Assembly: GCA_963810095.1 (NCBI GenBank)
Contig: CAWEMM010000015.1
Span: forward strand, 1-64,000
Origin: an uncultured Chloroflexia bacterium
Lineage (GTDB): Bacteria; Chloroflexota; Anaerolineae; CG2-30-64-16
DNA length: 64,000 nt
Direction: 5' to 3'
The translations under genes and the position numbers were made by a program. Below the pieces are notes generated by a model. That model did no database searches. It was given only the letters and a program-made list of their open reading frames with translations, and had not been told where the DNA came from. This document shows positions 30,596 to 41,577 of this stretch, one piece after another (the stretch's first letter is position 1; every line of letters starts with the position of its first letter).

Positions 30596-32725
30596 ATGAG
30601 GACTCAGATCCAACCAGGTTCACCCTATCCCATCGGTGCAACACCGGGACCGGGGGGCGTCAACTTCAGCGTCTTCGCAGACAAGGCGGATGGCGTCGAG
30701 CTGCTCTTTTTCGATCGCGTCGACGGCTCGCCAACCCGAGTGATCCGGCTGGAGGGTAACGGGCCTGAGGCCCGCCGGCACCGCACCTACCACTACTGGC
30801 ACGTGCTGGTCCCGGACGCAGCGCCCGGCCAAATCTACGCCTACCGGGCGATTGGGCCGAACGCCCCCGAGCGCGGCTTGTGCTATGACCGAGACAAGGT
30901 CCTCCTCGACCCCTACGGCCGCGCGGTAGCGGTACCGTCGTCATACAGCCGGGACGCGGCTCGCCTGCCTGGCGACAATGCGACCACGGCCATGAAGAAC
31001 GTCGTGGTCGATCCTTCCGCCTATGACTGGGAGGGGGACCAGCCGCTGCGCCGGCCGGTGCCACAGACCGTGATCTACGAGATGCACGTGGGCGGTTTCA
31101 CGCGACATCCGAGCTCGGGCGTGGCGCCCGATAAGAGCGGCACGTATGCCGGCCTGGTGGAAAAGATCCCGTATCTGCAGGACCTGGGCATCACGGCGGT
31201 CGAGCTGCTGCCGGTACACCAGTTTGACCCCTCAACGGCGGCGCCCGGGCTGGTCAACTACTGGGGTTATCAGCCGATCGCCTTCTTCGCGCCACACACG
31301 GCCTACAGCTCTCGGCAAGACCCAGGCGCACAGGGTGCACTTGGCGTCCTCGACGAGTTCCGGGACATGGTCAAGGCGCTGCACCGTGCGGGTATCGAGG
31401 TGATCCTCGACGTGGTGTACAACCACACGGCCGAAGCGTTCGGCTGGGCGCCAGGCGGCGCACACGCCACGTTGAGCTTCCGCGGGCTGGCCAACGACGC
31501 GTACTACCTCCTGGACCCGGCCGACAAGTCACGATACGTCGACTGCACTGGTTGTGGCAACACGCTGGATGCCGGCAACCCGGTGGTGCGCAGGCTCATC
31601 CTGGACAGCCTTCGCTACTGGGTGCAGGAGATGCACGTCGATGGCTTCCGCTTCGACCTCGCATCCGTACTGACGCGCGATAGCGATGGCCTGCCGCTGG
31701 CCAACCCGCCGGTGATCTGGGACATCGACTCTGACCCGGTTCTCGCGGGCACGAAGCTGATCGCGGAGGCGTGGGACGCGGCGGGCCTGTACCAGGTCGG
31801 CGCCTTCGTCGGCGATGCCTGGAAGGAGTGGAACGGTCGCTTCCGCGATGACGTGCGTTCATTCCTGAAGTCGGACAACGAGGCGGTCCACAACCTCGCC
31901 CTGCGGCTGACCGGCAGCCCGGATATCTATGGCAGCGTGCAGCGCGAGCCCGAGCGCAGCATCAACTTCATAGCAGTGCACGATGGCTTCACGATTAACG
32001 ACTTAGTATGTTACAATGACAAGCACAACGAGGCCAACGGCGAGAACAATGGCGACGGCAGCAACGACAACCGGAGTTGGAACTGCGGCGTGGAGGGCCC
32101 GACAGACGACCCGGAAGTCGAGGCGCTGCGTAACCGCCAGGTCAAGAACTTCTTCGCGCTCCTGCTCGCGTCGACGGGCGGACCGCTGATCCTGATGGGC
32201 GACGAGGTCCGGCGAACACAGCGTGGCAACAACAACGCGTACTGCCAGGACAACGAAATCAGCTGGTTTGACTGGGAACTGCTCGACAAGCATGCGGACA
32301 TTTTTCGATTTGCCAAGATGATGATCGCCTCCCGCCTCCATTACGGCGAAGGCCGGTCCGAGGCCGATACCCTGCCAGAACTGCTGAAGAGCCTGGGCAT
32401 CGAATTCCACGGCATCACGGGAGGCGAGCCGGATGAGGGCGTCACCTCCCATACGCTGGCCATGCTTCGGCAGACGTTCTCGGGGCGAGAGTGGATCTAT
32501 CTGATGGCCAATGCCTACTGGGAGCCACTGCACTTCGTGCTCCCCCGCGTAGGGGCGCCGGCGGGCGAGGCGACAGAAAAGGAGTGGCAGCTGTGGATCG
32601 ATACCACCTGTCCTTCCCCTGACGACATCCACAGCTGGGACCAAATGCCGCCAGTGACCGGGACATCATATCGGGTTGGCCCACGCTCGGTCGCGGCGCT
32701 CGTGACAAAATCAAGCGCATCTTAG
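30596..32725 (+). CDS. glgX: Glycogen debranching enzyme (isoamylase, GH13)
   Basis: GVNFSVF, IYEMHV, NYWGY, DVVYNHTAE, DGFRFDLAS, AEAWD, HDGFT, GNNNAYCQDNEISW. Confidence 0.95.
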   Translation: MRTQIQPGSPYPIGATPGPGGVNFSVFADKADGVELLFFDRVDGSPTRVIRLEGNGPEARRHRTYHYWHVLVPDAAPGQIYAYRAIGPNAPERGLCYDRDKVLLDPYGRAVAVPSSYSRDAARLPGDNATTAMKNVVVDPSAYDWEGDQPLRRPVPQTVIYEMHVGGFTRHPSSGVAPDKSGTYAGLVEKIPYLQDLGITAVELLPVHQFDPSTAAPGLVNYWGYQPIAFFAPHTAYSSRQDPGAQGALGVLDEFRDMVKALHRAGIEVILDVVYNHTAEAFGWAPGGAHATLSFRGLANDAYYLLDPADKSRYVDCTGCGNTLDAGNPVVRRLILDSLRYWVQEMHVDGFRFDLASVLTRDSDGLPLANPPVIWDIDSDPVLAGTKLIAEAWDAAGLYQVGAFVGDAWKEWNGRFRDDVRSFLKSDNEAVHNLALRLTGSPDIYGSVQREPERSINFIAVHDGFTINDLVCYNDKHNEANGENNGDGSNDNRSWNCGVEGPTDDPEVEALRNRQVKNFFALLLASTGGPLILMGDEVRRTQRGNNNAYCQDNEISWFDWELLDKHADIFRFAKMMIASRLHYGEGRSEADTLPELLKSLGIEFHGITGGEPDEGVTSHTLAMLRQTFSGREWIYLMANAYWEPLHFVLPRVGAPAGEATEKEWQLWIDTTCPSPDDIHSWDQMPPVTGTSYRVGPRSVAALVTKSSAS

Positions 32726-32741
32726 CGAGCAGGAGTTGACA

Positions 32742-35504
32742 ATGTCGACAGAACAGGCAGATACGGGCACTGGGTTCGTGGACGTAACCGAGCAGAAGCG
32801 GCTGAACGATGCCCGGGAGAAGGGCATCCCCTGGAAGAAGTGGGGACCCTATCTGAGTGAGCGCCAGTGGGGCACAGTCCGGGAAGACTACAGCCAGGAT
32901 GGCAATGCGTGGGCCTACTTCAGTCACGACCAAGCCCGCTCGCGCGCCTACCGCTGGGGCGAGGACGGTCTAGGCGGGTTCTCGGACGACGAGCAGAGGC
33001 TCTGCTTCGCTCTTGCGCTGTGGAACGAGCACGATCCAATCCTCAAGGAACGCGCCTTCGGCCTGACCAACAGCGAGGGCAATCGCGGCGAGGACGTCAA
33101 GGAGTATTACTTCTACCTCGACTCGACCCCGACGCACTCCTACATGAAGTACCTGTACAAGTACCCGCAGCGGGCGTTCCCCTACGGCGACCTGATCGAA
33201 ACGAACCAACGCCGGTCGCGGCAGGAGTTCGAGTACGAGCTGATCGACACGGGCATCTTCGACGATAACCGGTACTTCGACGTCTTTCTGGAATACGCCA
33301 AGGCCGGCCCGGACGACATCCTGATCCAGGTCACCGTCCACAACCGCGGCCCGGAAGCGGCCCGGCTGCAACTGCTCCCGACGCTCTGGTTCCGCAACAC
33401 CTGGTCGTGGAAACAGGGGACGCCCAAACCAAGCCTGCGGCAGATTGAGGGTGCCATTCGGGCCACGCATCCCGGCCTGGGCGAATACACGCTGTACTGT
33501 GACGGCGCGACAGAACTGCTTTTCACCGAGAACGAGAGCAACTTCCAGCGCCTCTGGGATCAGCCGAACCCGTCGCCCTGGGTCAAGGACGCGTTCCACA
33601 GGTATGTCGTAGCGGGTGAGAGCGGCGCAGTCAACCCTGCGAAGAGCGGCACCAAGGCGGCGGCCCGCTACATCCTCGATGTGCCCGCCGGCGGCTCGTC
33701 CGTGGTGCGCCTCCGCCTGTCTGCGAGCGAGCAGGAGAAGCCGTTCGGTGACTTCGACGCTACGCTCGCCGCTCGCCTGGCCGACGCCGACGAGTTCTAC
33801 CAGCGGATCACGGCCCGATCGCTGAGCGAGGATGAGCGGCGGGTGCACCGGCAGGCGCTCGCCGGCATGCTGTGGGGCAAGCAGTACTACCTCTTCGACG
33901 TGGACACGTGGCTCAAGGAGCACGACGCGCACCCACTCCTTGGTGGCATGCATAAGGTACGGAACGCCGAATGGTTCCACATGTTCAACGGCGACGTCAT
34001 CTCCATGCCCGACAAGTGGGAATATCCCTGGTACGCGGCCTGGGACCTGGCCTTCCACACGATTGCGCTCGCGCTCGTCGATTTCGACTTCGCCAAGGAG
34101 CAGCTCCTGCTGATGCTGCGCAGCCTCTACTTCCACCCGAACGGCCAGATCCCGGCCTACGAGTGGAACTTCAGCGACGTGAATCCGCCCGTGCACGCCT
34201 GGGCCACCCTCTACCTCTTCAAGGTCGAGCAGACCCTGGGCCGCGAGGACGTCAAGTTCCTCGAGCGGGCGTACAACGGCCTGAAGCTCAACTTCAACTG
34301 GTGGGTGAACCGCAAGGACCCACAGGGGCGCAACGTCTTCGCCGGGGGTTTCCTGGGCCTCGACAACATCGGCGTCTTCGACCGCAGCGCGCAGCTGCCC
34401 ACCGGCGGATCGCTGGAGCAGGCCGACGGCACCGCCTGGATGGCCTTCTACTGCCAGAACATGATCGAAATGGCCCTTATCCTGGCCGAGCACGACCCGC
34501 GCTACGAGGAAGACGCCTTCAACTTCCTGCAGCACTTCATGTGGATCGCGTACGCCATGGACCGCATCGGCGATAACCATGATGAAATGTGGGATGAAGC
34601 GGACGGCTTCTTCTACGATGTCCTGCGCCTGCCCGACGGCTCGGCCACGCGCCTGAAGGTCCGCTCCATGGTGGGGCTGCTCCCGCTGTGCGCGAGCACC
34701 GTGTTCGAGCCGGACTTCACCACCAAGTTCCCAAGGTTGGTGGAGCTGATCAAGCTGTTCAGCGAGCGCTACCCCGAGGTGCTGGCCCAGGTCGCGCCGA
34801 CGCCGGAGGGCTATGTCGGCTACAACGGGCGGCGATCGCTGTCGCCCCTCTCGAAGAAGCGGCTCGAGCGGGTGCTGAGCTACCTCCTGGACGAGAACGA
34901 GTTCTTGAGCCCCTACGGCATTCGGTCGCTCTCCAAGTACCATAAGGACCATCCGTTCATCTTTCATGTCAACGGCCAGGCCCTCGGTGTGTCGTATGTC
35001 CCGGCCGAATCGGACTCGGGCATGTTTGGTGGCAACTCGAACTGGCGAGGACCGGTCTGGATGCCGGTCAACGTGCTCATCGTACGCGGGCTGCTTAACC
35101 TGTACGGCTTCTACGGCGACGACTTCACCGTCGAGTGCCCCACCGGCTCGGGAAACCGCATGACGCTCTTCGAGGTGGCGCACGAAATCTCGCGGCGGCT
35201 GGCCAGCATCTTCCTCAGGGACGACAGCGGACGCCGGCCGGTCTACGGCGGCGCGGCGAAGTTCCAGGAGGACCCGCACTGGCGCGACCATATCCTCTTC
35301 TACGAGTACTTCCATGGTGACAACGGGGCCGGCCTGGGCGCCAGCCACCAGACCGGTTGGACCGGGACCATTGCCCGCTTGCTCGACCTGTTCGGCCGAA
35401 TCGGGCCGTCTGACGTCCTGCTTACGCCGAAGGAACGCGTGGTGGAGCGCCTCATCCGGGAGCAAGTCGGCGGGACAAAAGATGCCAGTGCAGACCGCTC
35501 GTAG
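32742..35504 (+). CDS. GH63 / MGH1-like glucosidase
   Basis: WGPYLSERQWGTVREDYS, MPDKWEYPWYAAWDLAFH, NSNWRGPVW, YEYFHGDNGAGLGASHQTGWT. Confidence 0.92.
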   Translation: MSTEQADTGTGFVDVTEQKRLNDAREKGIPWKKWGPYLSERQWGTVREDYSQDGNAWAYFSHDQARSRAYRWGEDGLGGFSDDEQRLCFALALWNEHDPILKERAFGLTNSEGNRGEDVKEYYFYLDSTPTHSYMKYLYKYPQRAFPYGDLIETNQRRSRQEFEYELIDTGIFDDNRYFDVFLEYAKAGPDDILIQVTVHNRGPEAARLQLLPTLWFRNTWSWKQGTPKPSLRQIEGAIRATHPGLGEYTLYCDGATELLFTENESNFQRLWDQPNPSPWVKDAFHRYVVAGESGAVNPAKSGTKAAARYILDVPAGGSSVVRLRLSASEQEKPFGDFDATLAARLADADEFYQRITARSLSEDERRVHRQALAGMLWGKQYYLFDVDTWLKEHDAHPLLGGMHKVRNAEWFHMFNGDVISMPDKWEYPWYAAWDLAFHTIALALVDFDFAKEQLLLMLRSLYFHPNGQIPAYEWNFSDVNPPVHAWATLYLFKVEQTLGREDVKFLERAYNGLKLNFNWWVNRKDPQGRNVFAGGFLGLDNIGVFDRSAQLPTGGSLEQADGTAWMAFYCQNMIEMALILAEHDPRYEEDAFNFLQHFMWIAYAMDRIGDNHDEMWDEADGFFYDVLRLPDGSATRLKVRSMVGLLPLCASTVFEPDFTTKFPRLVELIKLFSERYPEVLAQVAPTPEGYVGYNGRRSLSPLSKKRLERVLSYLLDENEFLSPYGIRSLSKYHKDHPFIFHVNGQALGVSYVPAESDSGMFGGNSNWRGPVWMPVNVLIVRGLLNLYGFYGDDFTVECPTGSGNRMTLFEVAHEISRRLASIFLRDDSGRRPVYGGAAKFQEDPHWRDHILFYEYFHGDNGAGLGASHQTGWTGTIARLLDLFGRIGPSDVLLTPKERVVERLIREQVGGTKDASADRS

Positions 35505-35542
35505 AGGAGGGAATGATCAACGCGCACGATGTGCAGGTGTTC

Positions 35543-35600
35543 CCTACATCCTTAATGACTCCTTTGGGATCTGCCAGGTTGGCAGCGAATGTCGTATTGT
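35543..35600 (+). promoter_or_regulatory. Promoter with upstream box CCTACATCCTTAATG (copy 1)
   Basis: Ungapped 58-bp alignment to 37511-37568; CTGCCA-18-TATTGT. Confidence 0.55.
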
Positions 35601-35651
35601 TACAGTAAGCCTCATCGAACCCAACGAGAGAGGCCCGAAAGGAAAAATCTA

Positions 35652-36086
35652 ATGTCTCTAGGTCCTATCGATTTCATCGCACTCGAGTTCCCGGGCAACC
35701 GTTTCAAGGGCGAGATCGTGCCCGACCTGCTTGATCTCGTGGAACGTGAGGTTATCCGGATCTATGATCTGGTGATCGTCACCAAGTACGCGGAGGGGAA
35801 GGTCGAGGTGCGCGAGCTCCAGGAGCTCGATCCGGCGGAGCTGTCGATTGTCGATCCATTCAAGGCCGAGGTCAGCCACATGATCACGGAGCTCGACATC
35901 CAGGCGATCGCGGAAAAGCTCGACAACAACAGCACCGCAGCGCTAATGCTGATCGAAAACCTCTGGGCGAAGAAGACCAAGCAGGCGATGGCAGACGCCA
36001 ACGGCAGGCTGGTGCTGTTCGAGCGCATCCCGCATGACGTGGTCGAGGAAGCCCTCGCGGACATCAAGGCACTCGCAACAGCATAA
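35652..36086 (+). CDS. DUF6325 family protein
   Basis: LGPIDFIALEFPGNRFKGEI..DLV...IRIYDLV...STAALMLIENLWA..ERIP. Confidence 0.8.
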   Translation: MSLGPIDFIALEFPGNRFKGEIVPDLLDLVEREVIRIYDLVIVTKYAEGKVEVRELQELDPAELSIVDPFKAEVSHMITELDIQAIAEKLDNNSTAALMLIENLWAKKTKQAMADANGRLVLFERIPHDVVEEALADIKALATA

Positions 36087-36167
36087 GTAAGGCATCCCAC
36101 GCACTCGCTACGGTGGGTGCCAGGGCCGTTTTGCGGCCCTCAGTGCAAGTCACAGGAGTGTAGCATC

Positions 36168-36527
36168 ATGATGAGACGACGCGGAAGACCGGTAATGCGC
36201 ATGGCAGCCACGACTGCAGTTGTTGCAGGGACGGCGGGTGCGGTTCACCATCACCAGAATCAGAAGTATGCCCAGCAAAACGCGGCCGCCCAGCAGCAGA
36301 ACGCTGCCGCGCAAACGGATCTGGATGCCGCACAACAGCAGGCCTACGAACAGGGTTTGGCCGATGCGCAGGCGCAGCAACAGGCGGCCTTGCCGCCCCC
36401 GCCCGCGCCTGCCGCTGCGAGCCCTGACCTCACTGCGCAGCTGCAGCAGTTGGCGCAGTTGCACGACTCGGGCGTGCTCGACGACGCAGAGTTCGCAGCG
36501 GCCAAGCAGAAGCTGCTGGCCGGCTGA
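36168..36527 (+). CDS. SHOCT domain protein
   Basis: MMRRRGRPVMRMAATTAVVAGTA, Q/A-rich linker, LQQLAQLHDSGVLDDAEFAAAKQKLL. Confidence 0.88.
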   Translation: MMRRRGRPVMRMAATTAVVAGTAGAVHHHQNQKYAQQNAAAQQQNAAAQTDLDAAQQQAYEQGLADAQAQQQAALPPPPAPAAASPDLTAQLQQLAQLHDSGVLDDAEFAAAKQKLLAG

Positions 36528-36636
36528 GGAACATGTGGTAGTTCGCGTGCGCCGGGCACGACGACATAGACACGGGGGCCGGCAGACCGAGATAGACCGT
36601 CTGGTGGCTCCCTATCAAGACCAGGGGAGAAAGTAA

Positions 36637-37137
36637 ATGGGTAATCAACTCGTACTCGCCTTCTTCACCAACGAAGATGAGGCGGAATACGCCGTGGGCC
36701 AGATCAAGAATTGGGATAAGGCGAGCAAGGAAGTCAAGCTCGGCGCGATCGGCGTACTGGTTAAGGATGAAAACGGCAAGATCAAGACGCACAAGCTGGG
36801 CGCACGCAAGGGCAAGACCGGCGCGGTGCTCTTCGGGCTGGCCGGCCTCTTGAGTGGCGGCATGACCGTCCTCGGCGGTGCGGTGCTGGGCGGCATCCTG
36901 GGCTCCCTCTTCCACAAGGGACTGGGGATGTCCAAGGAGGACCTGGCCCGCATCGACGGCGACCTGAACGGCGGCAAGGCCGCTGTGGCCATCCTGGCGA
37001 CCGCGGATGAGGCACCCTTGGTCTCTGCCAAGCTGGCCGAGCTGGGCGGCGCTCCGGAATCGCACGAAGTTACCGACGAAGCGGTCCAGGAAGCAACTGC
37101 GGCCGTCGAGGCGGCGCCGGAAGAGCCTGCTGCCTAG
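36637..37137 (+). CDS. DUF1269-like protein
   Basis: VLVKDENGKIKTH, Gly-zipper GAVLFGLAGLL..GGAVLGG. Confidence 0.7.
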   Translation: MGNQLVLAFFTNEDEAEYAVGQIKNWDKASKEVKLGAIGVLVKDENGKIKTHKLGARKGKTGAVLFGLAGLLSGGMTVLGGAVLGGILGSLFHKGLGMSKEDLARIDGDLNGGKAAVAILATADEAPLVSAKLAELGGAPESHEVTDEAVQEATAAVEAAPEEPAA

Positions 37138-37510
37138 GCTATCGTCACGGAGGGCTGGAAGACGCCCGCCAATTGCTTCTTGTATCAGTCCGGTGTGCGA
37201 ACTCCCTCGCGGAGCTCGCACACCGCCCCCCAGCAGCAAGCGACTCCCGGGCATCGCTGTCCCCACGAACCAGCCTCGAGCCTCGTCAGCACTTTGAAGT
37301 CTCCCGACACTCTGGCGCTCAGCTACTTGCCAGTCATAACCATGGTCTCGCCGTCGAAAGCGTCAGGGTCTCTTAGTCGGTTCAACCGCCTGGTGCCCAG
37401 CGAACTTGTACATGTGGCAGTTCGGCGGGTGGGCCCTGCCGGTGCCCACCGGTTTACAGCCTCCGGGGGGTGGTGATTGGCACAGCCTGGAAGCGCCCAG
37501 AAGTGAAGGA

Positions 37511-37568
37511 CCTACATCCTTAATGGCTCTTAGAGAGCCTGACAAGCCGATAGCAAGAGTCGTATGAT
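37511..37568 (+). promoter_or_regulatory. Promoter with upstream box CCTACATCCTTAATG (copy 2)
   Basis: CTGACA-18-TATGAT; aligns with 35543-35600. Confidence 0.55.
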
Positions 37569-37681
37569 TTGAGAGCCGGGGCAGCCCACAGCCCGGCACG
37601 GGAGGTTCGCTGCAGCGGGCGGACACGCTTCGTCGGGATCCGCCTCAGTGGGCACAATCGAGAACACAGGAGAGCAACATC

Positions 37682-38050
37682 ATGATGAGAAGACGAGGAA
37701 GACCGGTCATGCGTGCCGCGGCTACGACCGCTGTCGTGGTCGGGACCGCCGGTGCGGTTTCACATCACCAACAACAGAAGTATGCCCAGAAGGATGCGGC
37801 GGCGCAGCAGCAGGCTGCGGAGCAAGATGCGGCCGCGCAGCAGCAGATGCAAGCGGCGCAACAGCAAGCTTACGACCAGGGCCTGGCCGACGCTCAGGCG
37901 CAGCAGCAGGCTGCGGTGGCCGCAACACCTGCATCAGCAGCGGCGCCTGACCTCACTGCGCAGCTGCAGCAACTGGCGCAGCTGCACGATGCCGGCGTGC
38001 TGGACGATGCCGAGTTCGCAGCTGCCAAGCAGAAGCTGCTGGCGGGCTAA
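37682..38050 (+). CDS. SHOCT domain protein (paralogue of 36168)
   Basis: Same N-terminal and SHOCT motifs; AGGAG RBS. Confidence 0.88.
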   Translation: MMRRRGRPVMRAAATTAVVVGTAGAVSHHQQQKYAQKDAAAQQQAAEQDAAAQQQMQAAQQQAYDQGLADAQAQQQAAVAATPASAAAPDLTAQLQQLAQLHDAGVLDDAEFAAAKQKLLAG

Positions 38051-38059
38051 GGGCGCCTG

Positions 38060-38237
38060 AAGGCTTGAGAGTCGCCAGTCGCCGTCTAGGCTCGTTGAAA
38101 TCCAACGGGCGTCCCTCAAGCCCTGTTCCGTGACTCCATCGAACGGCGCCCGGCAACGGAGCAAATGCAAGGTGATCGGAGCGGCTCACCCATGCCCCTC
38201 CCGCACATCTTAACGCCGGAAAGGAAAGGGTATCCGA
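38060..38237 (+). promoter_or_regulatory. Candidate structured leader RNA (copy B)
   Basis: Homologous to 29597-29774. Confidence 0.4.
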
Positions 38238-38655
38238 ATGCGCAACACCAACAACTCAGGATGCTTAACCGCTTTCGTCGCATCGTTCTCGCGCATCACG
38301 CTGCTCTTTGCGTGGTTCGCCCGGCCGGCGTTGATGGACGCGGCCTTCGGGACAGTCATCCTCCCGTGCCTGGGTTTCCTGTTCCTCCCGTTCACGACGC
38401 TCATGTACGTCATTCTCATTCAGGGTCCGGGCAGGATTGAAGGCCTGGATTGGCTGTGGCTGCTCCTGGCAGCCATTATGGACCTCGCAAGCATCGGGGC
38501 TGCCGGGGCTGCAAACCGCAACCGCATCCCTGCTGGCTATCCCGGCGTCGTATGCGGAGAAGGAACTCTATGATCCGGTGACCGGGCAAGCGCGCACTGC
38601 GGCGCCGGTCGCTCCATCTGCACCGGACCAGACGACGGGAACGAAGCCTGAATAG
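38238..38655 (+). CDS. Small membrane protein (frameshift near 38545)
   Basis: Paralogue of 29775; tail EKELYDPVTG lies in the second frame. Confidence 0.8.
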
Positions 38656-38690
38656 ACTCGGAATGCTCCGCCATTGAAAGGAGACACTGG

Positions 38691-41058
38691 ATGGCCATAA
38701 AGACTTACAAGGACGGGACCCCGTTTACCGGCGTGATCGGACGCACCACGGAAGAGTCCTCGCCTGCCTGGCCCGAGCCGCCGCGCTCGCCGGAGGGCGC
38801 GCCCAACGTGCTCTTCTTCGTGCTGGACGATGTCGGCTACGGGCAGTTGTCGAGCTTCGGCGGGCTGGTCGAGACGCCCGTGCTGGACAGCCTGGCGGCG
38901 AACGGCCTGCGCTACACCAACGTGCACACCACCGCGCTGTGCTCGCCCTCGCGCAGCTGTATCATGACCGGGCGCAACCACCACTCGATGGGGCTGGGAA
39001 CGATCGCCGAGACCTCCACCGGTTATCCTGGCTACAACGCCATCCTGCCCTTCAGCAAGGGCATGCTCAGCGAGATGCTGCTGCCGCAGGGCTACAACAC
39101 CTTCTGCCTCGGGAAATGGCACCTGTCGCCCCCCGAACACCAGACGGCCGCCGGCCCCTACGACCGCTGGCCGCTCGGCCGCGGCTTCGAGCGCTACTAT
39201 GGCTTCCTCGGCGGCGACACCAACCAGTGGTTCCCCGAGCTGGTCTACGACAACCATTCGGTCGAGCAGCCCAAGCAGCCGGAAGAGGGCTACCACCTGA
39301 GCATCGACCTGGCCGACAAGGCGATCGAATTCATCCAGGATGCGCACGTCAACGCGCCGGACAAGCCGTTCTTCCTGTATTACGCCACGGGCGCCGGCCA
39401 TGCCCCGCACCATGTTCCCGACCGAGTGGGCGGACAAGTACAAGGGCAAGTTCGACATGGGCTGGGACAAGTACCGCGAGATCGTCCACCAGCGCCAGCT
39501 CGAGATGGGCATCATTCCGCCCGGCACCGAGCTGTCGCCGCACGACCCGGACGTGCCGGTCTGGGACACGCTGCCGGATGCAGCTAAGCGGCTGTATGCC
39601 CGCATGATGGAAGTCTACGCCGGGTTCGTCAGCTTCACCGATTACCACTTCGGCCGCATCCTCGAGTTCCTGAAAGAGATCGGCGAACTGGACAACACGC
39701 TGATCATCATGATCTCCGACAACGGCGCCTCCTCCGAAGGCGGTCCGTTCGGCTCGCTCAACGAGATGTGTTTCTTCAACAACGTGGCCGAGACCCTCGA
39801 GAACAACGTCAAGGAGATCGACAAGCTGGGCGGCGTGGACGTCTTCAACCACTATGCCTGGGGCTGGACCAACGCCGGCAACACGCCGTTCCGCCGCTGG
39901 AAGCGCGAGACCTACCGGGGCGGCACCACGGACCCGATGATCGTGTCGTGGCCCAAGGGCATCCAGGCGCGCGGCGAGCTGCGGCCCCAGTACGCTCACG
40001 CCATCGATCTCGTCCCGACCGTCCTGGAAGCGCTGGGCACCGAAGCGCCCGAGAGCATCCGCGGCGTCAGCCAGGAGCCGATCGACGGCATCAGCTTCGC
40101 CCACACCTTCAACGAAGCGGCTGCGCCCAGCAACCACCACACGCAGTACTTCGAGATGTTCGGGCACCGCGCGATCTACCACGACGGCTGGCGGGCGGTG
40201 TGCCCGTGGCCGGGCCCGAGCTTCACCGAAGCCGCCAAGAAGGGCCGCAAGTTCGGCAGTCCCATTTCTAACGAAGTGCTCGTGGATATCGAGTCTCACG
40301 ACTGGGAGCTGTACCATATCGACGAGGACTACGCCGAATGCCATAACCTGGCTGCCGAGCATCGCGACAAGCTGATCGAAATGATCGGCCGCTGGTGGGC
40401 CGAGGCGGGCAAGTACCAGGTGCTGCCGATCGACGGCACGGCCCTGCCACGTATGAATGTGGAGCGCCCGACGATCGCCAGGCCGAGGAACAAGTTCGTC
40501 TACTATGCCGGGCGGGTCGCCGGTGCCGTTTACTGCCGTGCCCAAAGTCCTACAACCGGCCCTGGAGCATCACGGCCGACGTCGTGATCCCGCCGGGTGG
40601 CGCAGAGGGGGTGCTGCTGGCGCAAGGTGGCCGCACAGGCGGCTTCACCTTCTTCGTCAAGGACCAGAGACTCCACTTTCTCTACAATTTCCTGGCCATC
40701 GACAGGTTCTGGCTGCATTCCAACGCGACGGTGCCGGAAGGTGAAGTCGAACTGCGCTACGAGTTCGAGCCGACCGGCAAGCCCGACGTGGCGCAAGGGA
40801 AAGGCGTGCCGGCCCGCGGCCAGCTGTACATCAACCGCAAGCTGGTGGCCAGCATCGACATGCCCCACTCGGTCCTGAATCTCTTCGGAACCGAGGGCCT
40901 GACCTGCGGCTACGACGGCGGCGATCGTGTGGCTGCGGAAGAGTACAGCGATGCGTTCGCCTTCACCGGCACGCATCAAGCGCGTCACACTGGATCTGTC
41001 CGGCGAGTTGATCCAGGATACGGAAGCGGACATGAAGATCGCCATGGCGCGCCAGTAG
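38691..41058 (+). CDS. Arylsulfatase (Cys-type), several frameshifts
   Basis: APNVLFFVLDDVGYG, HTTALCSPSR, GKWHL, SDNGAS, TQYFEMFGHRAIYHDGW, C-terminal ConA-like domain. Confidence 0.92.
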
Positions 41059-41066
41059 TCATCGGC

Positions 41067-41098
41067 GCCCGAAGGGTTCCCATCAGGACCCTTCGGGC
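41067..41098 (+). terminator. Hairpin after the sulfatase
   Basis: GCCCGAAGGGT...ACCCTTCGGGC; no U tract. Confidence 0.45.
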
Positions 41099-41123
41099 CT
41101 CACTCAACGAAAGGAGTCAGACA

Positions 41124-41577
41124 ATGTTTGACCTTCCACTGGAATACGCCCTGATCGCGTTTCCGAGCTGCCAAAGTGTCGGGCGAGATCGTGCCCGAGC
41201 TACTGGATCTCGCGAACCGGGGCGTCGTGCGCTTTGTGGACATCGTGTTCCTGCAGAAGGCCGCAGATGGCACGACGCAACACGATCGAGCTGAACGATC
41301 TCGACCCTGCGCGTGTACGAGATGTTCGTCCCCATCGGCGAGCACGTTTCCAGCCTGTTCACAAACGATGACCTCGAAATCGCCGCAAGCAAGCTCGCCC
41401 CGGATTCGTCGGCGGCGCTCTTGCTCTGGGAGAATCTGTGGGTGGCCAATCTCCGCAAGGCGATCGTGGATGCCGGCGGCGAGCTGCGTGGAGCGCGTGC
41501 AGATCGCTCCCGAAGTCGTCGAGGAGTTCGTGCAGGGGCTCGCGAGCGAACAAGAAGGACAGGAGGCAGCATCATGA
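41124..41577 (+). CDS. DUF6325 family protein (frameshifted)
   Basis: PLEYALIAFP..SGEIVPELLDL..GVVRFVDIVF...SSAALLLWENLW. Confidence 0.75.

Noticed and set aside
37140-37500. Short ORFs or ncRNA between DUF1269 and the second SHOCT gene
   Set aside because: No recognisable motif, RBS or convincing structure.
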